A stretch of 64,000 bases of DNA, taken from a virus. Position numbers and translations under genes: made by a program. The notes under the pieces are model-generated. The model did no database searches. It was not told the origin of the DNA and saw nothing but the letters and a program-made list of their open reading frames with translations. The stretch spans positions 1-64,000 of the IMG/VR virus record IMGVR_UViG_3300047311_000323; one strand, given 5' to 3'. Positions 22,159-31,507 of this stretch are shown here, in pieces; within the stretch, counting starts at the first letter, position 1, and each line of letters starts with the position of its first letter.

Positions 22159-23126
22159 AGAAGTCCTGACAATGCTCCTACTATACCACCTGCGTTACCA
22201 GGATTTGCGACAACACCAATACTAGTATTAGTATTTATTTGCGTGTCTCCATTGAAAGAACCAGGAGTATTGTATGCACTGGGGCCGCTAGCTGGGCTGT
22301 TGTGCCATGGGAAGTAGTTGGTCCTGTATCCTCTTCTCTGAGTAACCATAAAGATCATGTTGTAATCAAGTAAGAAGTTATCGGCTCTTTCAGTAATAGT
22401 CATGCTATCAAAGAATCCACGATAGACCCAACCATTGTAATACATTTCAACACCAAATGCCAAAGAGGCTAATGATGGAATGTTTCTGGCTGACAAGTTA
22501 TTGTTTGGAGAATCAAGGCCAAGAATACCACCTAGTAATCCTGCGCCTCCAGCGCCGGCTGCTGCTTGATTTTGAGCGCCAAACAAACCACCAACTGCTT
22601 TGCCAATAGCGCTACCAGCACCATTTATTAGATTGTTAGCAAGGTCTGCCGAAGCGTTGTTGGCTGCGAGCGTCAAACCCGTAGCATCGAATGCATACTG
22701 TTCTGCACGGTAAAGTTCATAGAGCATATTGATGCCTTCAATTCCAGAACTACCAGTCGTGCCGCTGATACTAAGTTGGCTTAACTCTTCTCCCCAATAC
22801 TGTAGAGTATATCCTCCCTTAGTTCTATCCTTGTTGATAAGTTTCTTATGTGTATATGTGATGTTCTGTGGGTTAATGAACATTCTGACTGTTCCAAATT
22901 GTGGAACGAACCAGGTGATGATATTTCTACCAATCTTACCAGAGACACCTGGAGTAATCTTTGTATATGGTAATCCGTTTCCATCTGCAGATGGCGTAGA
23001 GGCCACAAGGAATCCATTAGATTCAAAAGCCGCCAGATTACTTTGCGTAAGTGGGTTAGCTCCGTTTAGAGCCGATTGAACTTTATTAATTCCGCCAATA
23101 GCGTCATCGAGAGAGAATTTAGCCAT
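22155..23126 (-). CDS. Tail tube initiator-like protein
   Basis: MFINPQNITYTHKK...RTKGGYTLQYWGEELSQLSISGTTG; lies between tape measure and hub. Confidence 0.65.
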   Translation of the reverse strand: MAKFSLDDAIGGINKVQSALNGANPLTQSNLAAFESNGFLVASTPSADGNGLPYTKITPGVSGKIGRNIITWFVPQFGTVRMFINPQNITYTHKKLINKDRTKGGYTLQYWGEELSQLSISGTTGSSGIEGINMLYELYRAEQYAFDATGLTLAANNASADLANNLINGAGSAIGKAVGGLFGAQNQAAAGAGGAGLLGGILGLDSPNNNLSARNIPSLASLAFGVEMYYNGWVYRGFFDSMTITERADNFLLDYNMIFMVTQRRGYRTNYFPWHNSPASGPSAYNTPGSFNGDTQINTNTSIGVVANPGNAGGIVGALSGLL

Positions 23127-23138
23127 TATAGTTTATCC

Positions 23139-25490
23139 TTATGGAGCTTTTACGCCCTGTGAGACTGTCGAGTTAGATGGTGTATGGTTGACTTGTGCTC
23201 CACAGTGTGGACAATTACCAGTGATGTTTACAGTGACTGCAACTGGAGTTGGTTGGCCAGGTGCGCCTTGAGCCGTACCACCTTGTTGTCTTGTTCCGGT
23301 TCCAGTTGGACCACCAGTACCAGTAGCGTTTGATGGTGGTGAGGGAGCAGGAATTTGTTGTCCTTTTCTGAGATAAGGTACAGGGTTTGAAGTGAAATTC
23401 ATTTTCGGCAAACCCGCTGCTGTAGTGGTGGCACTTGATGCCACCGCAGTTTTTGGAGTGCCTTGTGAACTATCCTGTTGTGGACCCGTTTTAACAGCAG
23501 AGAAATTTTGTTGAAGTGTATTAAGTGCTTTTTTCTGTTCATCAGTCATACTGGCTGACTTAGCTTGTTGATCTTTAATAGCGGCCAGCATTTTCTCATT
23601 AGCTGCCTGAGTAGTCTCTTTGTTTCCCGATCCAATAGCTTCTTTGAAACTCTTCCAAGCATCTGAGAAGGTAGCGGGTAAGTTTTTAACAGCTTCAGCA
23701 GTCTGCTTGAATAGCTGCGAGTTAGGATCTGATGTATTAATGGCTCTTTGTGAGGCGGCTAACCTTTCTTGTGAGCCTGGAGAAATTCCTGCTCCAGTAC
23801 CACTTCCACCAGCTATAGAGCTAGCACCGGCTCCAGTGAACATTTGTTGAGTGGTTGCTAAATTAGCATTACCAGCTCTAAAAGACATATTCTGTAAGTT
23901 TTTGTTAATCTCAGTAAGCTGTGTGTATGACCTCTTCTGCCAATCTTCACCACGCTTCATAGTATCGGCCAATACTTCTTCTGGCTTCTTTGCTTCGGTA
24001 GGAAGTTTAGTTCCCTCTTTTAGAGCCCTGATAAGAGAATCTGCTTCACCTGGAGATTTTGCCATGCTACCCAATGGGCCCTGTTGCAAAATCTGCATTT
24101 GACGAACATATTGCTGTGCTCCAGCCTCACTCTTCATACCTTCTTCTCTTGTAATAAGTGGGCCTGATAGTCTCTTGATTGTTGTCTCTACTTCGCCTCT
24201 TATCTTATCAAAATTTCCCTTAGCGATATCTTCTTGGACTTTGAGGGCTCCTCTTAATCCTCCACCACCACCTGACATAGTAGATAAGAATGCTTGCTGG
24301 CCCATGTTCATGTTCTTGATCTGAGTAGAATAGTTTTTGAACATCTCTACTGCATTCTGTGCAGGGACTCCAACTGCAACTAATTCTTGAACATAGTTCT
24401 TCATGGAATCAGCCATCCCTTGTGTCATCTTAGTTGCATCAGCACCGTTGTTGACAAACATCTTGAATTCATCAATGGCTCCATGCAAAGCTGACTGTAC
24501 ATCTTTGAACTGAGCACCCATATCATTCGCTACTTCAGTCATTCTAGCTGAGAATCTAAGAGCATCACCGCCCGAGATACTATACTCAGCCATAGCTTTG
24601 GACATATCAGCAAAAACTTCTTCTTGCTTACGACCAGCACCTACAGCATATTGAATGCTAGCTGTTAAGATGTTGGTTTTTTGGCCTGCGATTTCAAGGG
24701 GCGCAATTATTGCTTTGAATCCTCCGGGCATTCTATTGATTTCGGCCATATACTTAGCCGCTAGTTCTTGGTTGCCACCCAAAGCGTTCGAGCCACTTTC
24801 TAGTACTGTATTGAATTTGGCCATAACGTCGCCAATATTTTGAAATCCTTCACTCATTCCATCAGTTAGTTTATCAATACCTGTAAATAAGTCTTTAGCA
24901 TCTCCTGCCTGCATAGTTAGTTGGAACATAGCATTTTGCAGTCTTAGCGAGTTGTCAGCACTGGTTAACATGGCCATTGCAGATTCTGAAACTACATTAG
25001 TAAAGTCTTTAATCTTATTTTCTGCTGTTGTAATTGCCGCTCTTGCTACGTTAGTAACAGCACCACCCATAGCTGCCGCTGCTTTGGTTGCATCTTCAAG
25101 TTCTTTTTTAAGGATTCTGTAAACTGGACTTTGTTTCAAAGTCTCTTGCATATCCTTTATCTGACCAGTAAAAGTTAATAACCTACTAGTATCAACACTT
25201 GCTAATTGAGTAAAGGCTTCTTTGCTTCCCAAAATAGAAGTGCTTAAGGCGCCAAATCCGGCAGCCTGTTTGCTATTCATTTTATCTAGAGACTCAAATG
25301 AAAGACCTAATTTTTTCAAACCATCATTTAGAGAACCAAATGTTTGCTCCGCCATGTGGGTAAGGCTATTTACTTGGGAGATATTCTCATTAGATTGTTT
25401 AGTGTACTCATTATACTGATCCCACGCTTTCAACTGGTCTTCAGTCGGGGCAGCTATATTAGCACTTGTTGGATCATCAGGACCAGCCAT
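23139..25490 (-). CDS. Tape measure protein
   Basis: 783 aa Ala/Gly/Met/Gln-rich helical protein immediately after the chaperone pair. Confidence 0.75.
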   Translation of the reverse strand: MAGPDDPTSANIAAPTEDQLKAWDQYNEYTKQSNENISQVNSLTHMAEQTFGSLNDGLKKLGLSFESLDKMNSKQAAGFGALSTSILGSKEAFTQLASVDTSRLLTFTGQIKDMQETLKQSPVYRILKKELEDATKAAAAMGGAVTNVARAAITTAENKIKDFTNVVSESAMAMLTSADNSLRLQNAMFQLTMQAGDAKDLFTGIDKLTDGMSEGFQNIGDVMAKFNTVLESGSNALGGNQELAAKYMAEINRMPGGFKAIIAPLEIAGQKTNILTASIQYAVGAGRKQEEVFADMSKAMAEYSISGGDALRFSARMTEVANDMGAQFKDVQSALHGAIDEFKMFVNNGADATKMTQGMADSMKNYVQELVAVGVPAQNAVEMFKNYSTQIKNMNMGQQAFLSTMSGGGGGLRGALKVQEDIAKGNFDKIRGEVETTIKRLSGPLITREEGMKSEAGAQQYVRQMQILQQGPLGSMAKSPGEADSLIRALKEGTKLPTEAKKPEEVLADTMKRGEDWQKRSYTQLTEINKNLQNMSFRAGNANLATTQQMFTGAGASSIAGGSGTGAGISPGSQERLAASQRAINTSDPNSQLFKQTAEAVKNLPATFSDAWKSFKEAIGSGNKETTQAANEKMLAAIKDQQAKSASMTDEQKKALNTLQQNFSAVKTGPQQDSSQGTPKTAVASSATTTAAGLPKMNFTSNPVPYLRKGQQIPAPSPPSNATGTGGPTGTGTRQQGGTAQGAPGQPTPVAVTVNITGNCPHCGAQVNHTPSNSTVSQGVKAP

Positions 25491-25493
25491 TTA

Positions 25494-25814
25494 TCATTCC
25501 TTTAAAGCCGCTCTACGTCTTCTTCTAGGCAGCGGTTTTTCTTGTGGTGCTTCAAATACTCCAGGCAAACCGTCAGTGACCATTCGCATGGATTCTTCCA
25601 TATCTTCATCAGTAGATTCATGAACATTATCATTAAGCATCTGTTGTACTGCTTCCGCATTAAAGAAAGAGCCTAATAGATATGCGTGATTTTTAGCTAG
25701 TTCGGCATCATCTCTGTTATCGCCGAGCCATTGCTCAAAAAGCCACATTTTACGAACCGGGTCCATTTCCGTAATTTCAGGATCACCAATGTCAAGGGTT
25801 CTCTTCATTTTCAT
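25494..25814 (-). CDS. Tail assembly chaperone C-terminal part (gpT-like), probably expressed by -1 frameshift
   Basis: Open in the -1 frame back to the A7 run at the end of the upstream gene (IINEPEHRFHWELMKMKRTL...). Confidence 0.7.
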   Translation of the reverse strand: MKMKRTLDIGDPEITEMDPVRKMWLFEQWLGDNRDDAELAKNHAYLLGSFFNAEAVQQMLNDNVHESTDEDMEESMRMVTDGLPGVFEAPQEKPLPRRRRRAALKE

Positions 25815-25849
25815 AAGCTCCCAATGAAAACGGTGTTCCGGTTCATTTA

Positions 25850-26527
25850 TTATTTTTTTAGATCAGCAATGACCTCCTTGACCTGCTCTTCAGTCTTGGG
25901 ACTATACTTATTCTGAGCTTCCTGGGTCAAAGATACATATTCGCCGTATAATCTATGTAATAGGGCATGGTCAATCAGTTCAATAAACTCTAGTTTGGCC
26001 TCTAATTCATCTGAATTTAGAAACTGGTCAATAGCAACACCAGCTATGACGGTAACAGAGCGGGCAAGAAGCTGCTTTCTATTCTCAAAAATGAACTCGA
26101 CTTTACCATCGAATTCGGCAGTAGCTACGACAGCATCACGCAGTTCTTGGGAAGTCAGCGTCTGTAGTTTATACATTTGTCCACCGACATCTACCTCCCT
26201 GGTGAGCCTAGTCATGCCAATCAGCATTTCTATACGTCGTTTAGCACCATCAGAGAGCCTTTCCTTGCCCTCACGCTTGGCCTTCTTAGCTGCTAAAATG
26301 CCTCTTTCCATTTCAGACATTTCTCTCATAGGGCCTGGTTCTGGGGGCTGCATTTGAGATTGAAAATCTCTCATGGATCTCTCATCAAAAACAGGTGCCG
26401 GCTCACGTGGTTGGCGTGACCTTGGCATAGGTGGTTCTTCATAACCGGTATCATCAGGGATACTAACATCTCTCATAGGTTGACCCTGAAACTGTTTACT
26501 TCCAATTGGACTATCAAATTTTGGCAT
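25850..26527 (-). CDS. Tail assembly chaperone (gpG-like)
   Basis: Between tube and tape measure genes; ends CTA AAA AAA TAA. Confidence 0.75.
   Translation of the reverse strand: MPKFDSPIGSKQFQGQPMRDVSIPDDTGYEEPPMPRSRQPREPAPVFDERSMRDFQSQMQPPEPGPMREMSEMERGILAAKKAKREGKERLSDGAKRRIEMLIGMTRLTREVDVGGQMYKLQTLTSQELRDAVVATAEFDGKVEFIFENRKQLLARSVTVIAGVAIDQFLNSDELEAKLEFIELIDHALLHRLYGEYVSLTQEAQNKYSPKTEEQVKEVIADLKK
25853..25859 (-). other. Putative -1 programmed ribosomal frameshift slippery site A AAA AAA
   Basis: Heptamer just before the stop; the -1 frame is open and continuous with 25494..25814; canonical location for tailed phages. Confidence 0.7.
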
Positions 26528-26558
26528 TGCACAACTCCTAACAAATATATAACAAATG

Positions 26559-26590
26559 AAAAAGCGCTTGACTGTTTAGCCAAGCGCTTT
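26559..26590 (-). terminator. Intrinsic terminator after tail tube gene
   Basis: AAAGCGCTTG-N10-CAAGCGCTTT inverted repeat followed by a T-run on the minus strand. Confidence 0.7.
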
Positions 26591-26615
26591 AAGGAGTTGG
26601 GGTTATTAGAAAGGA

Positions 26616-27311
26616 TTAGAAGATGCCAGTAGAACTTGGTGGTCCGTACTGAGAAGTGCCAATGTCGATAAGACCGGCAGCATCCAATGAACCTCTTCTA
26701 CCACCACTACCCATGTCAGTCTGGGTTTCAATCCAGTTTGGATTGTTAGGACCACCGAATGGTTTGACCAAGTTGTTCTGGCCACCAACAGCAGCAGGTC
26801 CACCCTTAACTGTACTATAGATGTGTTCTGCTTCCCAAGTCATTGAGTCAGTAATAACCCAATCGCTTACTTGGTAAGTATAGTCAATACCAGAAATCCA
26901 TACATTCTTGATGATTGTAGTTACTTGAGCATCTGGTTGAAACTTTTGCTTATCGAAGATGATAATATCAAAAGGATAAGCTTGTGCGGCTACATGCAAG
27001 AATCCTCTATCAAAAGCTTCTGCAACTCGTAGTTTCTGGAATCTTACTCTCTGGCAAGTGCCAGTGATGTTTGTTGACTGGTTAGGTACCGAGTCAATGT
27101 GACCATCAGTTCCAACTTCGTCAATCATCTTGATAGCTCTCTTCTCAGAGATTGCCATCGACTGAACAGCACCAATTGGTTGATAACCACTTGGGGTTCT
27201 CACAGCCAATAAGATGTTAGTTGAAATTGCAGTATTAGTACTATTTGTTGTAGTACCATCAGGGTTAACTATTTGTAGTAGAGAACCAGTTTGTGGATAT
27301 CCTGTTGTCAT
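26616..27311 (-). CDS. Tail tube protein
   Basis: IGAVQSMAISEKR...EVGTDGHIDSVP...PFDIIIFD...IKNVWISGIDYTY; immediately after sheath. Confidence 0.8.
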   Translation of the reverse strand: MTTGYPQTGSLLQIVNPDGTTTNSTNTAISTNILLAVRTPSGYQPIGAVQSMAISEKRAIKMIDEVGTDGHIDSVPNQSTNITGTCQRVRFQKLRVAEAFDRGFLHVAAQAYPFDIIIFDKQKFQPDAQVTTIIKNVWISGIDYTYQVSDWVITDSMTWEAEHIYSTVKGGPAAVGGQNNLVKPFGGPNNPNWIETQTDMGSGGRRGSLDAAGLIDIGTSQYGPPSSTGIF

Positions 27312-27337
27312 TTATTTATACTCCCTGATTATATATA

Positions 27338-30166
27338 TCAAGCTCCCAAATTAGCTACTGTTACCTTAATATAGATCCAGTTGATTGGATAAACTGGTTG
27401 AACACTTACTGCAACGTTCCACTGACGTGGATCTAATGAGTCTTGCTGAACCGACAATCCCTTGAAGGCAGTAATCAATCCTTGAGAAATCAAGGCGTTG
27501 AGCAAAATGACCGCTTCTGTATTTAGCGAAGTTGAAGTGGTTGCTAGCTGTGGAGTTCCAATGAATCCTGCGAAACCACCACGTAGAACTTTAGCAACTC
27601 TATCTCTGATGAAGACGATAGAAATTTCTTGTTCTTCTGGGAATCCAGACTGGCTGGTTGTGATACCCCATACAACTCTACCACCGCCTGCGACTGGCTG
27701 TAGGGTGGTGACACCTGCTGCTGCCAACTGCTCAAGAACCAATGGAGAGAAGGTCTTGTTTCTCAAGATGGTGAATCCGCTGAATACCTTGTTGGTAAAT
27801 GGATTCTGTAGAGCCAAGTCTGCGTTTGCATATCCGGCTGCTGCCGCTGCGATATAGAATCCGTCTACTAGGACGTTTTCTGCACCCGCTTGAACAACAA
27901 TCTGATCTGGGTAGAAGTATACTGCTCTGAAGGTTGAACCGTAAGAGTTAGATACTGAGTAGTTTGCAAGGTCTTCTACGTTTCCTGCCAAGATGTCAGT
28001 AATGCTATCTCCTTGGATTCCTTCTAGGATACCAATGTCTTCTACGGCTGCTGGTTGAGCGCCAGTCAAGTTGGCTGGGGTCAAACCTTGGATTGCTCCG
28101 ATGAACAACACACGCTCTTTTCTGTTAGCGATATTGCTCATTGCGATACAATGGCTTAAGCAGTTCTGGAAGATAACTGAGATGGTTTGGTTTGGTAGTG
28201 GTACCAAGATATCACATTCAACAGTCTCTAGAACTTCTAGGGCATTGAGCCATCCTGCATCGAAGAAGGATGCGTCTCTAGCGTCAACAATAGTGACTCT
28301 GAGTTGGTTTCCGTTTGGAACGATGTTATGGTTCATTACCAAGTAGGTGCTGACATCAAGAGGGTCAAGAACTTCATATCTTAGGCCGCTCTCGCTTACA
28401 AAGGCCATCTGCAAGGTTAATGTATTGGTGAATGAGTCGTATGCGATGATATCGTATAGACCATTGTTACCAATAGTAGAACCATTGATTTGTAGTCTGT
28501 AGTCAGCAACCAAGTCTGGGATGTTGAAGTTGACAGCGGTGCTGTTTAGGTCGGCAGTAGCAGTGTTCAAGAAAGCAACCAAGGTGCCATCAGTACCAGA
28601 TAGTCCGGCGACTGGTAGTCCTGTTGAAATCTGAATAACTTCAAACGCCACACCAGATCCTTGAGAAACAAAGTCTGGGAAACCAGATGGAGTAGTTTCT
28701 GGAACTGGATCGCCCGGCTCACCGACTAGAATCGTCTGAATGCTTAGTTGACCATTGGATACGCCAGTGATGTCAAAGGTTCCGATGTTAGCTTTGTTAG
28801 TGGAATCGATAACCTTTAGCAACTTACCGATAAAGCTGGAGTCAAAGTGACCACTTTCAGCGCCGAAGACGGCCTGAGTTCCGAAAGCTGGTAGTCTGCC
28901 AATATATCCGTCGAATCCAGTTACCACAGTCTCAAAACTGTTGATAATGCTATAGTCATAGGACCATCCGGAAGGTGGAGCCAAATCGCTGAAGACGAAT
29001 TGACTTACAGTTGGATTACCGGCTGTACCCAAAGTGTAATATGGATACTTGTTTGGCAGCAACTGAGTCTCAACACCAGTGGTTAGATTAGTTACGAACA
29101 CATGGATGTTAGCATTGAAGTCTGGAGCGACACCCAATGGGAACGGGAAGATAAAGTCATCTACATTGGTAGATAGAGAATCAACAGATGGCTCCATTAC
29201 ATAAGATGTTCTTCTTGGTAGTGGAGGGGCTGCTTGAACGGCGAGCATGAAAGATGCGCCGTTGGCGTATAGTAGCTGACCACCCAAGCTTAGATTGTTA
29301 GTCAAGCTGGCTGGACCGCTGAAGTTTGTGATATCGCTAATACCCTGAGTTAGAGTTGGGTTGTTGATGTTAGCGAGTGGAATTTCAGTTGCAGTTAGAG
29401 AGTCACCACGAACTAGAACTCCGCTGTTAACGATAACCGTGAATGCATCACCTTCACGGAATGGAGATACCGTGATGCTGGAGACTTGAGTCTCAGTGAT
29501 GCTAAAGCTGAGGATACCATTGCTGACAACTTGTCCGTTAGCAAGCCAAACGATTGGATTACCATTGGCATCTAGCTTAGCGCCAGAGACAGAACCAAAT
29601 GCCAAGAACTTTGCAGTTCCGGCGATTGGTTGGTTCATCGCAGTTCTTTGAACAGAGACACAACGAACAGTCCAGGTTTCAGGTGGTGAGTTGTTATCTA
29701 CCAATGCCAAGCTGTTGAGGCTACCCAAACCAACGTTAGTGTTGAGTGGGGTGTAAAAAGAGCCGCCCTGATCTTGTAGATGGGCAGACTGCAATAGAAC
29801 ATGACCGGTGGTTGGATCTAACTGATAGTCGTAGTTGAAACTAAAGGTAGTCGTTGGAACAATTGGTCCAAGTTCGAATCCTACTAGTGGAACTCCGTTC
29901 TTAAAAATAGTTGTACGGTTCTGGATTACTGGAAAGTGCGCAAGAGCAAAGTGCCTGCCATCAGAACCCGAATTTGACGTGTACGTATCATTCAGACCGT
30001 CTTGACCACCACCTAGAGCTTGAGAAACCAAAATCTCGCTGGTTGAGCCTTGACCGATCATAGCTACGACACGAGAACCCCCAGGAAGCGCAACACCACT
30101 AGACTGGGTAATTACGTCGGTGAATACTCCTGGTAAGGCATTTGTTGCGCCTGGTATATTTGCCAT
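27338..30166 (-). CDS. Contractile tail sheath protein with large insertion domains
   Basis: N-terminal LPGVFTDV; C-terminal ERVLFIG, LEQLAAAGVTTL, RVVWGITT, EISIVFIRDRV, VQPVYPINWIYI. Confidence 0.9.
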   Translation of the reverse strand: MANIPGATNALPGVFTDVITQSSGVALPGGSRVVAMIGQGSTSEILVSQALGGGQDGLNDTYTSNSGSDGRHFALAHFPVIQNRTTIFKNGVPLVGFELGPIVPTTTFSFNYDYQLDPTTGHVLLQSAHLQDQGGSFYTPLNTNVGLGSLNSLALVDNNSPPETWTVRCVSVQRTAMNQPIAGTAKFLAFGSVSGAKLDANGNPIVWLANGQVVSNGILSFSITETQVSSITVSPFREGDAFTVIVNSGVLVRGDSLTATEIPLANINNPTLTQGISDITNFSGPASLTNNLSLGGQLLYANGASFMLAVQAAPPLPRRTSYVMEPSVDSLSTNVDDFIFPFPLGVAPDFNANIHVFVTNLTTGVETQLLPNKYPYYTLGTAGNPTVSQFVFSDLAPPSGWSYDYSIINSFETVVTGFDGYIGRLPAFGTQAVFGAESGHFDSSFIGKLLKVIDSTNKANIGTFDITGVSNGQLSIQTILVGEPGDPVPETTPSGFPDFVSQGSGVAFEVIQISTGLPVAGLSGTDGTLVAFLNTATADLNSTAVNFNIPDLVADYRLQINGSTIGNNGLYDIIAYDSFTNTLTLQMAFVSESGLRYEVLDPLDVSTYLVMNHNIVPNGNQLRVTIVDARDASFFDAGWLNALEVLETVECDILVPLPNQTISVIFQNCLSHCIAMSNIANRKERVLFIGAIQGLTPANLTGAQPAAVEDIGILEGIQGDSITDILAGNVEDLANYSVSNSYGSTFRAVYFYPDQIVVQAGAENVLVDGFYIAAAAAGYANADLALQNPFTNKVFSGFTILRNKTFSPLVLEQLAAAGVTTLQPVAGGGRVVWGITTSQSGFPEEQEISIVFIRDRVAKVLRGGFAGFIGTPQLATTSTSLNTEAVILLNALISQGLITAFKGLSVQQDSLDPRQWNVAVSVQPVYPINWIYIKVTVANLGA

Positions 30167-30207
30167 GTTAAATCCTTCTCACTCGGTTTTGTGGATTGTA
30201 TCACTAA

Positions 30208-30221
30208 AATGTAGTAATATT
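30208..30221 (-). promoter_or_regulatory. Candidate late-promoter motif
   Basis: AATATTACTACATT upstream of the sheath gene. Confidence 0.4.
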
Positions 30222-30305
30222 GCTATCCTTGGCGCTATATTACCACAATTTGTTGTCTTGCTTGGTCTTAAACGTTTCATTTTGCCCCTACTCATCCACA
30301 GTATC

Positions 30306-31130
30306 TTACATTTTTAGTAGCATATCTGCTGTATTAACTTCTGTATTGACAGTCAAGTTGGCTGCCGCTGGGGTCTGTCTCGACAAATCAGCAAAGGACG
30401 CTGTGAAGAGAATGGCATCGATTGTGCTGGCAACCGGTATTTCTCTTCGCCATTCCGTTCTTATCTCTAATGTTAAAGATTGCCTAAATAGCTTATCATT
30501 TCGATCGTCAGTTTCTGACGGGGCACCAATTGAAATAGGTTTGACTATGATTCCTATTTCATGAAGAGTATCAAAATGTATCTCCGTAAAGCACATTCCA
30601 ATCAACTCCACCAAGTCATCTCTAGCCCTTAAACTGCGGCTCATTACGTCAACAACTATCGAGCCTTCCCAGGCTCCTGATGTTACTAAAGCGACTGGCT
30701 TTCTAACGAAAGTCTCATTGCCATATCCATCAACAAATAATACATTATCGTATTTTACTTCACCCTGGTCACGATTGATAGAAATTGGAACATAACGAGA
30801 TCCGCCACTTTTGATTAAAATGGCAGGATAGAAGATACTATCGTATCTAAAATTCTCTCCAATAAAAATACGAGTAGGTAGAACTGGATTAGGGTTCAAT
30901 TCTGGATGAGCGCCTGGACCACGTGGTAAATCTGCACCTGGTGGGAGATCAGTATGATCTGTTGTATTAGGGAAACCCCATTGATCTTTGGAAAAATGGT
31001 AATAACTATCTTTAGAAAAGAAATCACGCAATGTAGCAATGATGATTTCTTTTGGGTATACAATCATCGACGCTTGTACGATATTGTATATTCCGAAAAG
31101 GTCTGATTTAAAGAAGTTATTCGAAGACAT
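30306..31130 (-). CDS. Tail completion/terminator-like neck protein
   Basis: Directly upstream of sheath; YPAILIKS...GAWEGSIVVDVMSRSLRARDDLVELI. Confidence 0.6.
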   Translation of the reverse strand: MSSNNFFKSDLFGIYNIVQASMIVYPKEIIIATLRDFFSKDSYYHFSKDQWGFPNTTDHTDLPPGADLPRGPGAHPELNPNPVLPTRIFIGENFRYDSIFYPAILIKSGGSRYVPISINRDQGEVKYDNVLFVDGYGNETFVRKPVALVTSGAWEGSIVVDVMSRSLRARDDLVELIGMCFTEIHFDTLHEIGIIVKPISIGAPSETDDRNDKLFRQSLTLEIRTEWRREIPVASTIDAILFTASFADLSRQTPAAANLTVNTEVNTADMLLKM

Positions 31131-31144
31131 AAGAGAATGTCAGA

Positions 31145-31507
31145 TTATGTGTTGGGTGGAGCGCCAGGTTTTCCAGCAGCTACCCAAGCTAAAAATTGAT
31201 TAAAGAGTTCAGCATTGTTCGGCGTGTTAGCAGGTGGCGCTTCAGCAAAATCAGACGGTAAATGCTCAGCTTCATGCGCTGGCCTTAGTTCTGGCAATGG
31301 AGTACCCGGATCAACAGTGACTATTCCTTTTGCAATCTCTGATGACCTAATAAGGGAAACGTTGTTTTGATACATTATGTTGAATAGTTCAAGTAAAACA
31401 ACACTATAACCCTCTACAACTTCTTGATCTGTTCCAAAATGTTCCGTGATGAAACCATCTGGGAAATTAGGATCATTTTTTGCCACTTTATATGCTACGT
31501 ACTTCAT
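31145..31507 (-). CDS. Hypothetical protein (possible tail fibre assembly factor)
   Basis: 120 aa; abuts the Gly-rich fibre gene (TAAATG). Confidence 0.5.
   Translation of the reverse strand: MKYVAYKVAKNDPNFPDGFITEHFGTDQEVVEGYSVVLLELFNIMYQNNVSLIRSSEIAKGIVTVDPGTPLPELRPAHEAEHLPSDFAEAPPANTPNNAELFNQFLAWVAAGKPGAPPNT

Noticed and set aside
6285-30166. Tailocin or extracellular contractile injection system instead of a phage
   Set aside because: Major capsid, decoration, neck and long tape measure genes are present in the same operon set
30179-30295. 38-codon ORF MSRGKMKRLRPSK... upstream of the sheath gene
   Set aside because: No convincing SD or motif, and it overlaps the candidate promoter; more likely a leader
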